Part shown: positions 48,124 to 59,600 of the stretch, piece by piece
Layout of the letters: the number at the start of each line of letters is the position of its first letter
Position numbering within the stretch: the first letter of the stretch is position 1
IMG/VR virus record: IMGVR_UViG_3300030098_002223
DNA from: an uncultured virus (IMG/VR IMGVR_UViG_3300030098_002223)
Lineage: Duplodnaviria; Heunggongvirae; Uroviricota; Caudoviricetes
Direction: 5' to 3' (one strand)
Length of the DNA: 64,000 nucleotides
The notes under the pieces: generated by a model
Told to the model about the DNA's origin: nothing
Databases searched by the model: none
What the model saw: only the letters and a program-made list of their open reading frames with translations
Made by a program: the position numbers and the translations under genes

Positions 48124-48585
48124 ATGGTAGATGTAGCATGGAACGTAGGTTTTCGTAACAGAGTTCGACTTTTAGCTGGTATAGAACAAGAGGAATTGGA
48201 TAATGATTCTTTAGATTTATTAATGGATATATCGGCTGAGTGGTATTACGAACAAATGGGAGTAGCATTTACTTTAGATGCAAATGATACAGACAATAAT
48301 GCTGTTATGTATTATTCATGTTATTTAGCTTCTATTGCACAAAACGGAATGGGTATAGAGAGAATTCAAGTTGGAGATTTAGCAGTTTATTATGAAGGAG
48401 ATGCCTTTATACATTTCAAAGAACTAGCAGAACAACAACTTGTTATGAAAAATGCCCTTAGCATCAAGACTACAACATACAATGCAGACCCATACCTCGG
48501 AGAGGTCAACTGGGATGAAAACGTTACAGGCGTTAACTCTACTAAAGATATGTATCCAAGGCCAAGAGGGACTGGAGGCGAATAA
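48124..48585 (+). CDS. head-tail adaptor (putative)
   Basis: size, IQVGDLAVYY strand, position. Confidence 0.6.
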   Translation: MVDVAWNVGFRNRVRLLAGIEQEELDNDSLDLLMDISAEWYYEQMGVAFTLDANDTDNNAVMYYSCYLASIAQNGMGIERIQVGDLAVYYEGDAFIHFKELAEQQLVMKNALSIKTTTYNADPYLGEVNWDENVTGVNSTKDMYPRPRGTGGE

Positions 48586-49562
48586 TGCCGGGTCTTATTG
48601 GTTCACAAGGCGTCCGACCCGGTGCTTTGAATATGAATCGAGTGTTTCGTGCACTACGATATAGAACCGAACAAGCCCAAAAAGTAACTTATCACAGACC
48701 AGCTATATACAAAACAGATGCTTATGGAGTACCTTCTGGAACTATAGGTTCTAATGAACTTTTAATACCTGATTTGCCTGCAATTATAAGACCTGCCGTT
48801 ACAGCAGACTATCAACAACAGAGACAAGGAAGTAACATTATTGGAGCTGCTAGGATATACACCCCAAACATAACAACTATCAAAAAATATGATAATTTTA
48901 ATCAAAATAATAATGGTGATTTTAATGAAATTGAAGGTTGGGATAGACTAATTACAAATTATAGAACAGTATATAGTGTTTTTACTAGTGGGAATAGTAA
49001 TCCTAATCCGGAATGGGTAAATACAGGTGGTAATACACCTATTTCAGATGGAGAATCTATACTAGTTAGCGGTAATTCTACCGCAGTAACTTACACTACT
49101 ACTGGTAATAAAAATGTACTAGAAGCAGACCGTCTTCGCTTCAAAATTAAAACTAACGATAATAATGTAGCACTTACATCAGTAGTAATAACTAATACTA
49201 ACGGAGCACAAACATTAACTTATACTCCTGCGGCTTTAACGCTTACCCAAAATACATGGTTAACTGTAGATTTACCATTTTTATCAGGTACAACATCGAC
49301 TAGCGTATACCAAGGAGGTACACGTTACGCAACTACAGTAGCAGGAACTTATGATTATGAAAAAGATTTAGCATCTATTAAATTTAACTACACAGGACCA
49401 GCAACTAATGCAGACATAATATATTTAAAAGAAGTTGAGTTTTATAAATCAGTATCATGGCACGTACATTCCTTAAAAGACATGACTGATGGGTATATAA
49501 TTTTTGATTGCGTAAGAACTCAAGGACGCAATGATTCTAGGAGGAGGGCTTACGACGAATAA
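48585..49562 (+). CDS. head-closure (stopper)-like protein with inserted beta domain
   Basis: position; ARIYTP..GWDRL and C-terminal WHVHS halves separated by ~170 aa. Confidence 0.5.
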   Translation: MPGLIGSQGVRPGALNMNRVFRALRYRTEQAQKVTYHRPAIYKTDAYGVPSGTIGSNELLIPDLPAIIRPAVTADYQQQRQGSNIIGAARIYTPNITTIKKYDNFNQNNNGDFNEIEGWDRLITNYRTVYSVFTSGNSNPNPEWVNTGGNTPISDGESILVSGNSTAVTYTTTGNKNVLEADRLRFKIKTNDNNVALTSVVITNTNGAQTLTYTPAALTLTQNTWLTVDLPFLSGTTSTSVYQGGTRYATTVAGTYDYEKDLASIKFNYTGPATNADIIYLKEVEFYKSVSWHVHSLKDMTDGYIIFDCVRTQGRNDSRRRAYDE

Positions 49563-50140
49563 TGCCAACTAATCCACCAGACCATCTAAATAATATAGAA
49601 CGAGCTCTAATAGACAAGCTCCGTTTAGGCACCTACAATACTGTAGGGGGCACAGACACAGCATGGGCTGACACAGACGTCACAGTTTATGGTCAATTCC
49701 CAACTACAGACGATGTTAGCTATCCTTGTTTAATTGTAGAAATGGTCGCAAATGGGATAGAAACTCAGTTTATGGGACAGAACATTACTAAGAATGATGG
49801 AACTGCGGCAAAAGGGGAGCTCTATGGTATAGGCTTTAATATATATATCATGGTAGATAGAGCAAGCTCTATAGATATTACCAATACTATAGCAGGGCCT
49901 AGTAATGTAACTCAGCCCTATAAAGAGAGAAGGTTGCTTAATTATCTCATGCTTAATGGAGCTAATGTGCTTATGGACCTTGATTTTGCTGATATTGTAA
50001 AGGGTGCCGCTGGTACGCCTGCTGCAACTGAGGTTGATGAACGTCACTTCAGTGGTTTTAGAAACATTGGTTATGACCCTGCATTGGAATTGTGGACTAG
50101 TCAAGCTTCGATGGTAGTAACGTTCAAGAATAGTAGATAG
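49562..50140 (+). CDS. tail terminator (putative)
   Basis: VYGQFP....YPCLIVE motif; position. Confidence 0.55.
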   Translation: MPTNPPDHLNNIERALIDKLRLGTYNTVGGTDTAWADTDVTVYGQFPTTDDVSYPCLIVEMVANGIETQFMGQNITKNDGTAAKGELYGIGFNIYIMVDRASSIDITNTIAGPSNVTQPYKERRLLNYLMLNGANVLMDLDFADIVKGAAGTPAATEVDERHFSGFRNIGYDPALELWTSQASMVVTFKNSR

Positions 50141-50141
50141 T

Positions 50142-51881
50142 ATGGCTCAAGTTACTTGGGCAACTCAGTTCCAAAAACAAGATGTAATGAGAACCATTAC
50201 GGTTGGATTCCAACCATATATGCCGTTTTCACAACAGTACGCTATGTCGCTACGCCCAGAAGCAGAACCCGGTTATTTTGAACTTACACCCCAGCCTGAA
50301 GGAGATGAAATGCTTCCTACAACAGGAAAGGGTAAAGAGTATAGTTTTGAAACTCGTATGAAAACTTATATGGGAAAGGGTGAAGAAGGACTAGCTTATA
50401 TGAGTCGATATCATAGCCCAGATAGAGCAACTCAAGTTGCTAATGCACCTCCACAAGGTGCGGCTACAGCTACCTCTACAGCAGCAAAACAACTTGCTAA
50501 TATGTTTAAGAGTAGGATGGATGTACGAGCAACTCCCAAGGGAATGAGTAGAGATGTGGGTGAGTTAACTTTAGGTAAGCTTACAAGAATGTTAGATAAA
50601 GAATTAAAAATGTCTAGGACGCAGGACCAAATAGACCGAGGCCCTAAAAGAGGTGGTAAATTCTGGGGTAATGATTTTGACATTCAACTAGAAAGAACAG
50701 GAGGGACATTTAGAGAGTTTTTAAATACCAAAATAGGTAAAAAAGATATGGAAGGTGTACATTCTTTGGAAATGACGCGTGCCGCTGGTAACTCAACTAC
50801 TTCAAAACTTTTAAGTATGAGTCAAAAAGAGATGAACGATAGAAGTGAAAAGGGTACTGAGGCTAAATTTAAAGCTCATGTGAAAGATAAATTAACAGTA
50901 CTTAACGAAACAATAAAAGATGTTGTTTTGAAGATGAGTAAGGAGGAAAGAGAATTATATAATAAAACTGAGGCAACTATGCTTGGAAAAGGTGCAGGAA
51001 CTGCTGGGTCAGGGATGTTAGCAGCTAGAGCTTTGGTTACAGCAGGTAGTGATGTACTTTTAAATAGAACCTTGAGAGATTTTATAGGTAAAGTTAGTCG
51101 TTCTGCTTTAATTAACGAATTAAATGGGTTAACAGGATTAGCTAAACATCTGTACCAAGTAAGGTTGGGTAAAAAAATGTTAGGTTTTGCGATGATATCA
51201 GCTAAACCTATTACTGTAGGGGAAGTAACTTACCCTAGATTTGACCCAGAGCCTCATATTATAGTTATGGAAGTAGGTGCTGGCGCAAATCATTTAGTTA
51301 ATGCTTTTGGTGAGTGGGTAGTTGAAAATAAAGGAGTTGATTCTAAGATAATGAGTGGATATATTGCAGATGCTGAGACTTATGCAAGTAGTCAAGCTAT
51401 ACTTACTCAGGACCGTGTAGACCATATGTATGAATCTTCGTCTGTTAATGCTGCTCAAATGGTAATAGACAGCACAGGTATAGCTGTAGGAGAGACTGTA
51501 CTGAGTAATGTTAGACTGATGCCTATGGATATAGCTGAAAATATAAGACAACAGATGATTTTACATTTTAGAGAAGGAGGAGCGTCGAAAAGATTTGCTC
51601 AATGGTATCAACGTTTGTTTGACAAAAGTAACTTATTAACACGAAGTTGGTACAATAGCATCAGTATGGTGGGTAAACGAGGAGGTAGCTTCTCAGAAGA
51701 ATGGACATATGGGGATGACAAAGGAAATCCCAACAAAAGATTCTTGGGTGTTTGGAGTAAAGCATCACAAGATACGTGGAAAAATGACGTTGGAAGAAAT
51801 GTATCTATTTCTCCATTTATTATATCTAGACGTAAAGGCGTCGCTGCTTTCAGAACTGGTGGTGATTATGGTAAGGATTAA
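50142..51881 (+). CDS. hypothetical virion morphogenesis protein
   Basis: 579-aa ORF in the neck/tail operon. Confidence 0.6.
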   Translation: MAQVTWATQFQKQDVMRTITVGFQPYMPFSQQYAMSLRPEAEPGYFELTPQPEGDEMLPTTGKGKEYSFETRMKTYMGKGEEGLAYMSRYHSPDRATQVANAPPQGAATATSTAAKQLANMFKSRMDVRATPKGMSRDVGELTLGKLTRMLDKELKMSRTQDQIDRGPKRGGKFWGNDFDIQLERTGGTFREFLNTKIGKKDMEGVHSLEMTRAAGNSTTSKLLSMSQKEMNDRSEKGTEAKFKAHVKDKLTVLNETIKDVVLKMSKEERELYNKTEATMLGKGAGTAGSGMLAARALVTAGSDVLLNRTLRDFIGKVSRSALINELNGLTGLAKHLYQVRLGKKMLGFAMISAKPITVGEVTYPRFDPEPHIIVMEVGAGANHLVNAFGEWVVENKGVDSKIMSGYIADAETYASSQAILTQDRVDHMYESSSVNAAQMVIDSTGIAVGETVLSNVRLMPMDIAENIRQQMILHFREGGASKRFAQWYQRLFDKSNLLTRSWYNSISMVGKRGGSFSEEWTYGDDKGNPNKRFLGVWSKASQDTWKNDVGRNVSISPFIISRRKGVAAFRTGGDYGKD

Positions 51882-52021
51882 GCAAAAGCTTTATATAGTA
51901 AGCCGAGCTAATTTAAAGGTAACGAGTGGAATGCAAAGTACCGAAGGTCTAGACAACAAAAAATAAAGGTGAATAAAATGGTATATACCCACAATAAAAA
52001 CGAAAAAGGAGGTGAATTCTA

Positions 52022-52708
52022 ATGGCTTACTTTTTAGGCAGAGACGTAAACGTCTATATAACTACAGAAACTGGAGTTACTAATAAAGCAATCGGTGCAA
52101 CCGGTTCAGCAGCATCCGACGCAACGTTGGTAGCTGGAGCTCCTTCAGGTATAGTAAATCTATTTGCAGATGATATGAACAGTGGAGCAGCAATAGCTGG
52201 TTATACTGCTTACGCAGATATTACTGGTGTTGAAGTTGCTTTAGGAACCATGGATGAAGACACTTCTTTTATAGGACAAGTACAACCGGGTAAGGTTGAG
52301 ATTAAGAAGGAATACACAGTATCCTTAACACGAAAGAAGAAAAATAATCTTTGGGACATTATCTTTAATGGTGATGGAACAAATACTGGTAGATTTGGAT
52401 TAGGTAACGGAACCTCTGGTTTAGGTACCGGTAAAGTAAATCCTAAATCTATAGTAGACAGTAGTGTTACAACTGCATCATGTTATGGCTACAGAGTACA
52501 CTTACAATTTAAAACTGGTTCAGCAGGAAGTCAAGCTAACGAAGAGATGATATGTATGACAAACTGTTGTATTACAGGTTACACAACTACGCTTAACGCT
52601 GATGGCGTTCAAGAAGAGACACTAGAGTTTACATCATATCAACCAGCTAGATATCCACAACAAGCTGATGAGATATATGTAACACTAACACCAACAGCGG
52701 GGTTCTAA
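52022..52708 (+). CDS. major tail tube protein 1
   Basis: GGAGGTG SD, own promoter, C.ITGY...LNADG..EETLEF. Confidence 0.75.
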   Translation: MAYFLGRDVNVYITTETGVTNKAIGATGSAASDATLVAGAPSGIVNLFADDMNSGAAIAGYTAYADITGVEVALGTMDEDTSFIGQVQPGKVEIKKEYTVSLTRKKKNNLWDIIFNGDGTNTGRFGLGNGTSGLGTGKVNPKSIVDSSVTTASCYGYRVHLQFKTGSAGSQANEEMICMTNCCITGYTTTLNADGVQEETLEFTSYQPARYPQQADEIYVTLTPTAGF

Positions 52709-52710
52709 GC

Positions 52711-53304
52711 ATGGTTTTTTACTTAGGAAAAGATGTCTCAGTTTACTTATCAACTGAGAATGAAGATATAGGAGTTTCTCCAGCAACAGGAAGTACAAGT
52801 GTAGTTAATACATCTACAGCAACATTTGCTGTAAAACTTCAAAACACAGGTTCTGCTGTAACTGAGACTGAACAAACAGACTTAACAGCAGTCGATTTGA
52901 GTATTGGAGCTTTGGATGAAGACATTACATACTTCGGTATGAGAACAGCATTAAAGGCAGAAATTAAAAAGGAAACTACTTTAACACTAACTCGTAAAAA
53001 GAGTGACCCTTTATATGAATATGTTTTTGACAAATTAAGGTATGGATTAACAGGTACGACTACTGACGATACATCTATCAACGATGGTCTATCTGAACCT
53101 ACTGTAGAATACGGATACCGTGCTTACGTGCACTTGTCTGGTACTTCAGAGGTTATGACAATACCTAACTGTGTAGTATCAGCACATACTGTTAGCTTAA
53201 ATGCCGACGGTACAACTGAAGAAACACTCGAATTAACATCTATGGTTACACCTGTTATCAGTGGTGCAAACTACGTAGCAGCTACAGACCCAGCTAACTT
53301 ATAG
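52711..53304 (+). CDS. major tail tube protein 2 (paralog)
   Basis: shares LG.DV.VY..TE, EIKKE...LTRKK, YGYR..., NADG..EETLE with the upstream gene. Confidence 0.75.
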   Translation: MVFYLGKDVSVYLSTENEDIGVSPATGSTSVVNTSTATFAVKLQNTGSAVTETEQTDLTAVDLSIGALDEDITYFGMRTALKAEIKKETTLTLTRKKSDPLYEYVFDKLRYGLTGTTTDDTSINDGLSEPTVEYGYRAYVHLSGTSEVMTIPNCVVSAHTVSLNADGTTEETLELTSMVTPVISGANYVAATDPANL

Positions 53305-53320
53305 ATAATATAATTTAATA

Positions 53321-53344
53321 TGAGGGGGGCTTGAGCCCCCTTCA
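53321..53344 (+). terminator. GC-rich hairpin after the tail tube genes
   Basis: TGAGGGGGGC-TTGA-GCCCCCTTCA. Confidence 0.6.
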
Positions 53345-53355
53345 GGAGATAAATA

Positions 53356-53718
53356 ATGACAGAAAAGAAAATTTGGTCTATGGACGAATTAGTCGCACTC
53401 ACTGATGAAGTGCAAAAAGAAGAGGTAGAATTTAGAGGAAAGGTAGTGGAGTTTCAATTTTGTGAATTAACAGAAAAAGAAGAACCAAAATTTACTGGAA
53501 TATCTGAAGAACTACCAGAAGAAGAAAAAATGGCAATGTTTCAAGAAATTGGCTCTAATAGAGTTATAAAAATGTTACAGAAAGCTAATGAAAAGGCCCC
53601 AGATGGACCTGTTATAACAGAAGAACAATGGGCGCTTTTACCAACCACCTTAAGATATAACATCACCAACAAAATATTAGGCGCAGAGGACGACGCAAAA
53701 GAAAATTTTCGCGACTGA
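53356..53718 (+). CDS. tail assembly chaperone (G-like)
   Basis: position between tube and TMP; slippery heptamer at the 3' end. Confidence 0.75.
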   Translation: MTEKKIWSMDELVALTDEVQKEEVEFRGKVVEFQFCELTEKEEPKFTGISEELPEEEKMAMFQEIGSNRVIKMLQKANEKAPDGPVITEEQWALLPTTLRYNITNKILGAEDDAKENFRD

Positions 53719-54008
53719 TGCTAGAATCGCCTGATGCGGTGTTATTATATATACCATTAATGAAAGAAATTGGTATGAGTTGGAACGAAATTAAAGGCAC
53801 ACCTCGAAGAGAATTGGATGGTTTGTTAGCTGCATGCTACGAATACAAAGCATTACATTCAATGGACGGGTATACTGAAAAACAAGTGTCTGAAATGGCA
53901 AAAGAAAACCCTCAAGTACGCTCTCAGTACATCAAGTACTTAGAGAAAAAACGTAAATTTGAGGATAAAATAGGAAAGAAACGCATACAAAGCTTTAAAG
54001 GAGTATAA
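53718..54008 (+). CDS. tail assembly chaperone C-terminal part (T-like, -1 frame)
   Basis: -1 frame relative to the upstream ORF; G.SW.EI motif. Confidence 0.7.
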   Translation: MLESPDAVLLYIPLMKEIGMSWNEIKGTPRRELDGLLAACYEYKALHSMDGYTEKQVSEMAKENPQVRSQYIKYLEKKRKFEDKIGKKRIQSFKGV

Positions 54009-56605
54009 TGGGTTTTGCAGGACAAGTATTCGCAGCGCGTGTCGCTATAGGTTTGGCTGTTCCGAGTCGAAAGGCTCTTCAACAAACAGGTGGAATACTT
54101 GCTACTGGTATTAAAAACATACATCAACGTATAAAACAACAAGCTATGGCATCTAATTTAGATAGTGTTCATAGAGAAAAATTAAGAAAGTTAAATACGA
54201 TGACTACTACTTCTGCTGCAAGAACAGCAAATTTACTTAGGGTGCGTTTAGAACAGAATTTAAAACAACTTAACCAACAAACAAACAATTCAATCCGAAA
54301 ATCTTTTAAAAATGTAGAACAAAATTATGCTAGATTGAGGGCTAAATTATCTAAACCTCTTCGTCAACAACTTTTTGCTGGAACTGCTGGTTTAACTGGT
54401 ATGAAGGCAGCTCAACAAATGGCTAGAAATATGGCTGCAATGTCTAAAAAAGACCGTGCAGACGCTATAGCTGGTCAAAGGCGTATTGTTAACCTGATGC
54501 AGGAAGAGTTAAACCGCAAAAGAAGACTTTTAGAAACCTCTAAACAGAAAACTAAAAAAGAAAAAGAAGCTTATCGCGAACTTGTAAAGACTGTAAAAGC
54601 TGAAGATAAGGCTCTAACTAAAGAAAAACAAAGGTTAAAGGTTCTTAAAGAAATTGAAGGCGAGGTGTCAGAAATAACACAAGAGATGAAAGAACAAGAT
54701 GCCGTAAGTACTGATATGGGTGAGACAATATCTGGCGCAGCTACTACTTTGAAAGATAATTTTATGGATGCTTTACGTAACTCAGTAGCACTTTTAGCTG
54801 CTTTTGGTTATAAATTACAACAAAGCACAAGTGATTTAGTTGAGTTCGAAAGAGAGCTACTTAATGCTAACTCTGTGTTTAATTTAACTAACGATTCTTT
54901 ATTTAACGTCGGTAACGAGATTATCAAATTCGGTAACGAATTCGGTATTGCCACTCAAAACGGCGCTACTGGGCTCTATCAGCTCGCTTCAGCAGGTTTA
55001 AGTGCTGCTGATTCTATGAAAGTATTACCTGAAACTTTAAAATTATCCATGGCTGTACAAGGAGACCACAATACTATCTCAAAACTTACAGCTCAAACAT
55101 TGTTTGGTTTTGGTATGAATATGAACCAAGCAGCAGAAGTGACTGATAAATTCGCTTTTGCTATTCAGAAGTCTCTTATTGAGTATCAAGATTTATCAAG
55201 CGCTGTTAAGTTTGCTCTACCTTTCTTTACCTCTACAGGGCAATCTATAGACCAATTGTTAGGGGCTTTACAGATATTGACTAATAGAGCTTTAGAGGCT
55301 GGTATTGCAGGTAGGGGTCTTAGACAAGCATTGGCTGAATTTGCTGAGAGTGCTATGGATGCTGAAGTAGGATTCCGTAAGATGGGTGTTGAAATATTAA
55401 ACGCCGAAGGAGAGATGAAACAATTAACTGAGATAGCTGCTCAGTTTGCTGCCGCAGTTGGACCTGAGACTGCTTCGAATACAGAATTATTAACTACTTT
55501 AATACAAGACTTGAATGTGCGTGGTGCTACGGCATTTATTCACTTAGTTCAAGCTTCTGATGAATTTACTGAAGCAGTTCAAAATACTGCTAATGCTGGT
55601 GGGCAATTAGATGAAATGGTTCGAATACAGAATCAATCATTGTCTGCTCAAATTCAAATTTTAAAAACAAATATATTTTCTATTTTTGCATTGAGAGATG
55701 CTTCTTATGAGGGAACTGAATTTATTAACGCTTTCCATGAGTCTGTAGTTAATATGGTACAAGGATTGAAAGATTTAATAGTTGTGGAAGAAGATGGTAT
55801 ACAAAAATTAACAGAATTTGGTCAATCAATTCAAGATGCTGCGATTGTATTTATTGAAAATTTTGATGAAATTTTACACAACGTGATAGAAACTTTACAA
55901 GGTTTAGCAGAAGAAGGTAAAATGATTACAAATGTTTTCGAATTATTGTATTTACCTCTAAAGCTTATAACAGATGTGATGAGTATATTACCAGCGGGTT
56001 GGTTAGAAATGATAGTTTATTTCAAGATGTTTAATTCTGTGATACCACTTACAACACTGGCTTGGTGGTCTTTATCTAGAGCAATAGCCGCAGCAACTGC
56101 TTCACAAATTGCCTACAATGCAGCTTCTCTGGGGGGCGGTATGGGTGGTGCTGGGTTAAGTGCTGGTGCTCAAATGAGTGCAGCCTATGCAGCTCAAAAG
56201 GGTACAAAAGGTGCTCTTGGTTGGAATGCGTTCCAAAAGGCTAATAAAGGAAAATTTGTAACAGCAGCTCCAGCGGCTGCTAGAGCAGCACCTTGGTTAG
56301 GTAGAGCAGCACTGGGTATGACTGGTGTTGGTCTTCTTGCTCTAGGAGCTAGTGTAGCAATACCATGGTATCTGAAAAAGAGAAACGAAGGAAAGGCTGG
56401 TGGAGGATATTTAACTCCAATGGCTCAAGGAGGATTCCCATCTGGTGGTGCTCCATACCTTGTAGGAGAGCAAGGACCTGAGTTATTTGTACCAGAGGCA
56501 GCAGGACAACTTTTAAATAATGGCGCAACCCAGAATAATATGGGCAGTGGTATGAAGCTTAACAATGTTACAATAGGAATAGACTCTTTCGGAGGATTGG
56601 TATAA
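54008..56605 (+). CDS. Tape measure protein (TP901 family core)
   Basis: GLYQLASAG, AGRGLRQAL, G.E..NAEG..K.L..I, YLVGEQGPELFVP. Confidence 0.9.
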   Translation: MGFAGQVFAARVAIGLAVPSRKALQQTGGILATGIKNIHQRIKQQAMASNLDSVHREKLRKLNTMTTTSAARTANLLRVRLEQNLKQLNQQTNNSIRKSFKNVEQNYARLRAKLSKPLRQQLFAGTAGLTGMKAAQQMARNMAAMSKKDRADAIAGQRRIVNLMQEELNRKRRLLETSKQKTKKEKEAYRELVKTVKAEDKALTKEKQRLKVLKEIEGEVSEITQEMKEQDAVSTDMGETISGAATTLKDNFMDALRNSVALLAAFGYKLQQSTSDLVEFERELLNANSVFNLTNDSLFNVGNEIIKFGNEFGIATQNGATGLYQLASAGLSAADSMKVLPETLKLSMAVQGDHNTISKLTAQTLFGFGMNMNQAAEVTDKFAFAIQKSLIEYQDLSSAVKFALPFFTSTGQSIDQLLGALQILTNRALEAGIAGRGLRQALAEFAESAMDAEVGFRKMGVEILNAEGEMKQLTEIAAQFAAAVGPETASNTELLTTLIQDLNVRGATAFIHLVQASDEFTEAVQNTANAGGQLDEMVRIQNQSLSAQIQILKTNIFSIFALRDASYEGTEFINAFHESVVNMVQGLKDLIVVEEDGIQKLTEFGQSIQDAAIVFIENFDEILHNVIETLQGLAEEGKMITNVFELLYLPLKLITDVMSILPAGWLEMIVYFKMFNSVIPLTTLAWWSLSRAIAAATASQIAYNAASLGGGMGGAGLSAGAQMSAAYAAQKGTKGALGWNAFQKANKGKFVTAAPAAARAAPWLGRAALGMTGVGLLALGASVAIPWYLKKRNEGKAGGGYLTPMAQGGFPSGGAPYLVGEQGPELFVPEAAGQLLNNGATQNNMGSGMKLNNVTIGIDSFGGLV

Positions 56606-59600
56606 TGCCTTCAACTAATTTAAAAGTTAAACCAAATAGATTTTATGTAGAACAACCTATCACCGTTGGTCAAACACTTTTTGATGGGCATGGGGATTTT
56701 TCTAATAAAAAAGATACCTTTTATAATGTAAGAAGTGGTAATAATTCTAATTATATAGTGTTGTCTGGTAGTGTAGATTCAAGCGACCATATAGCACGAG
56801 GTAAATATTCACTAATGGATGGGTATATGAGAACATATACTTCATCAATGAATTTAGATGATAGTGATGGTTCAATTCCTACGTTACAATTATTTGCTTT
56901 ACATAACCATTATGACATTAGTGAAGGAGGTATGAATTTTGCTCGTACAACAATAGCAGGTACAATAACAGCTACTTCGGGTTCAGCTACTATTACTGGA
57001 GTAGGAACTGATTTTGATGGTACAACTGGTGATTTTAAAGAATATTTCTATTATGGTACATATCAAGGTGGCGCTAAGGTATGGATAGGTCCAGTAGGTT
57101 CTAGAGAACAATATGAAGTACTTAGCATAGCAAGCGACACTTCTCTAACACTAACGTCTAATTATACTGGAACTACTACTAGCACTACGCAATTACAAAA
57201 AGACGACATAATGGGAGCTGATGTCACTAGTTTTGTAAGTTCATATACACAACCTTCTTTAAATTTTGAAGAAAATTTTGATGGTTTAGATGCGAAACTT
57301 TCTTCAGTAACTGAATACCGAAGAGAAGGAGCTAATGCTGTTGTTAAAAATGGAAATCCTTTTGTTAATTGTGCTGATGAAGAATGGTGGTATTTTGTAA
57401 AGGCAGATGCCAGTCGCAAATATATGGCACCTGTAGGTCAAAAGAAAGTTAAACAGTTAATGGAAGACCATGCGTGGTATCCTGCTGCGGCTATGAATAC
57501 ATATGAAGCTAGGGCGGAAGCTGGTGGTGGAGGTACTTACACGAGTGCGGCTGTCTCAACTTACGGAACGCCAATTTCAAGGCAAATGAACAATCCAAAT
57601 GCTCCGGGAGTATTGTCTGACGGTGACCTGCTTATAAATTCATATACTAGGGAAGGTGCTGCTGCAAGAGGATTTGGTGCTGGAAGGATGTATCTTTCAA
57701 AATTGGAAGACACTTATTATCGAATATTAAAACATGATGGAAGTTTCACTGGGTATGGTATATCACTTTCTGAGGATAGAGTGAGAAGAGTTATAAAATT
57801 TGACAGTCAGCAAGCGTTTAATCCCGACCCTGAAAATACAGTAAATACAACAAACAATAATACTATTTTTGATAAACTTTACACTTCCTTTAGTTTTGAA
57901 AACCCATTTACCGCAACAACAGAAGTACCTATTGTAAATTCTACTATTGAATTACAATCAGACGTTGTTAAAAGTGGAGCTAACGCAGCCCGTATATACC
58001 ATCTGTGGGATTACTCACCTGATAATGAAGATGTACAAAAATATTTAGGTAGAGATAATTCTTTAAATTCTCAAACAGCTTATATGGCTAAATATAATTT
58101 ACCATATCCAATAACTCAAGATATGTCTTTAGATAGGCTTGGAGATAGACGCACTTATTTACCTTATGTAAGTATGGATATGAACATAAGCAAATTACAA
58201 CCAAGTGTATTATACAATTTACAAGATTATGCAGGAGGAAGTACTTCTATTACTGGTAATATGATTAACGACCCCAGCGTTCTTTATAGTGGTAGTGATT
58301 TTCAAGCTGCTAATTGGGGTAATGGTTCTACCACTAGAAAAAAGGCTATGACATTCTTACGTAGTGTGGTAGTTACTTTTTCAAATTATAAACCATTAGA
58401 TTCTCATACTTGTCTTGAGGACTTTTTACAATATGGTTTTGATAATGCTTATGGAACTTCACAAAATAGAGAATCTATTGTTGGAGGAGTTACATTCAAT
58501 AGGTTAGGTATGGATGGTGCAGATATAGAAAATGAGTTTATCTATGCTCAAGCTTTACCTATTGTCAAAGAAGATAGTACTCTGTCATATAATGAACAAT
58601 GGTATAATTCCCTCACCAATAGAGGATTTGGGTTAGCTAAAATTGTAAGCGGGTCAGGAGCAGGAAAAATGCAGCAAATGATAATGAAACCCGCAAATAT
58701 TAATAACACTATAACAGCTACTAACTCAGATACTCCTAGGGTAGTTAAAATACCTATGAATCAATTTTTCAATATGAAGTTTTATATCGATAGTGAAGCT
58801 AGACAAGGTACAACTATAAATTCAAGAAATCCTTATTCAGGTTTTCCTGCATCTAGTAATGGTGTAACTATGCGATGTGTTTTTGAAACAGACACTGTTT
58901 CTGAAGATTCAGATAGTCAAGATTTGTATACTGATATGCCTTATCTCGATGTAAATTTCAGTGTTTCCGGAGGTAATGCAAATTCCGGAGCTAGTACTGG
59001 AGGTACTACACCCTCTTTTGGTATGGGTGATTATTTTTTAGATACTCATGATGTGACTGCCATGTACCCTAAACATATGATTATATGGGTACAAAATTAT
59101 AGGTTTGTTTCAAGTACTGAAACAGAGTTTGCTTATGGTGATAACCAAATTTTAGATACTGCTGATGGTGCAGCTATAGAAGCTGAAGTGTATATAGACG
59201 ACATAAAAGGAGTAGATTTCTATAAGGATTTAAATAATTTAACTGTTAAAGATAATACTCCTTCTACACTAATATTTCCACAAGGTGAAACTGTCGATTC
59301 TCCACTTAGGTATTTAGAAAACGGTTCTATAGATTTAACTTCGTTTAATGCAGGAACAACTTCAGCTAGTGTTAACGCCAATACCACCATACAAAATTAT
59401 TCACCTGCTACATATTGGAGTATTGGACTTGATAGTAAATTAGATTTACCAGTTAGTGGTTCTTCGACTGCACGTCGGGGTTATTTTTTAATAAGTGATT
59501 TTTACTCCGCTGCTGCTGAACAAGTTGATACTATTGTACCAGATTTGTATAGTGGTGCTACTCTCAGTTTAGTTGATAGTACACAGGTAGGTGGTGGCAG

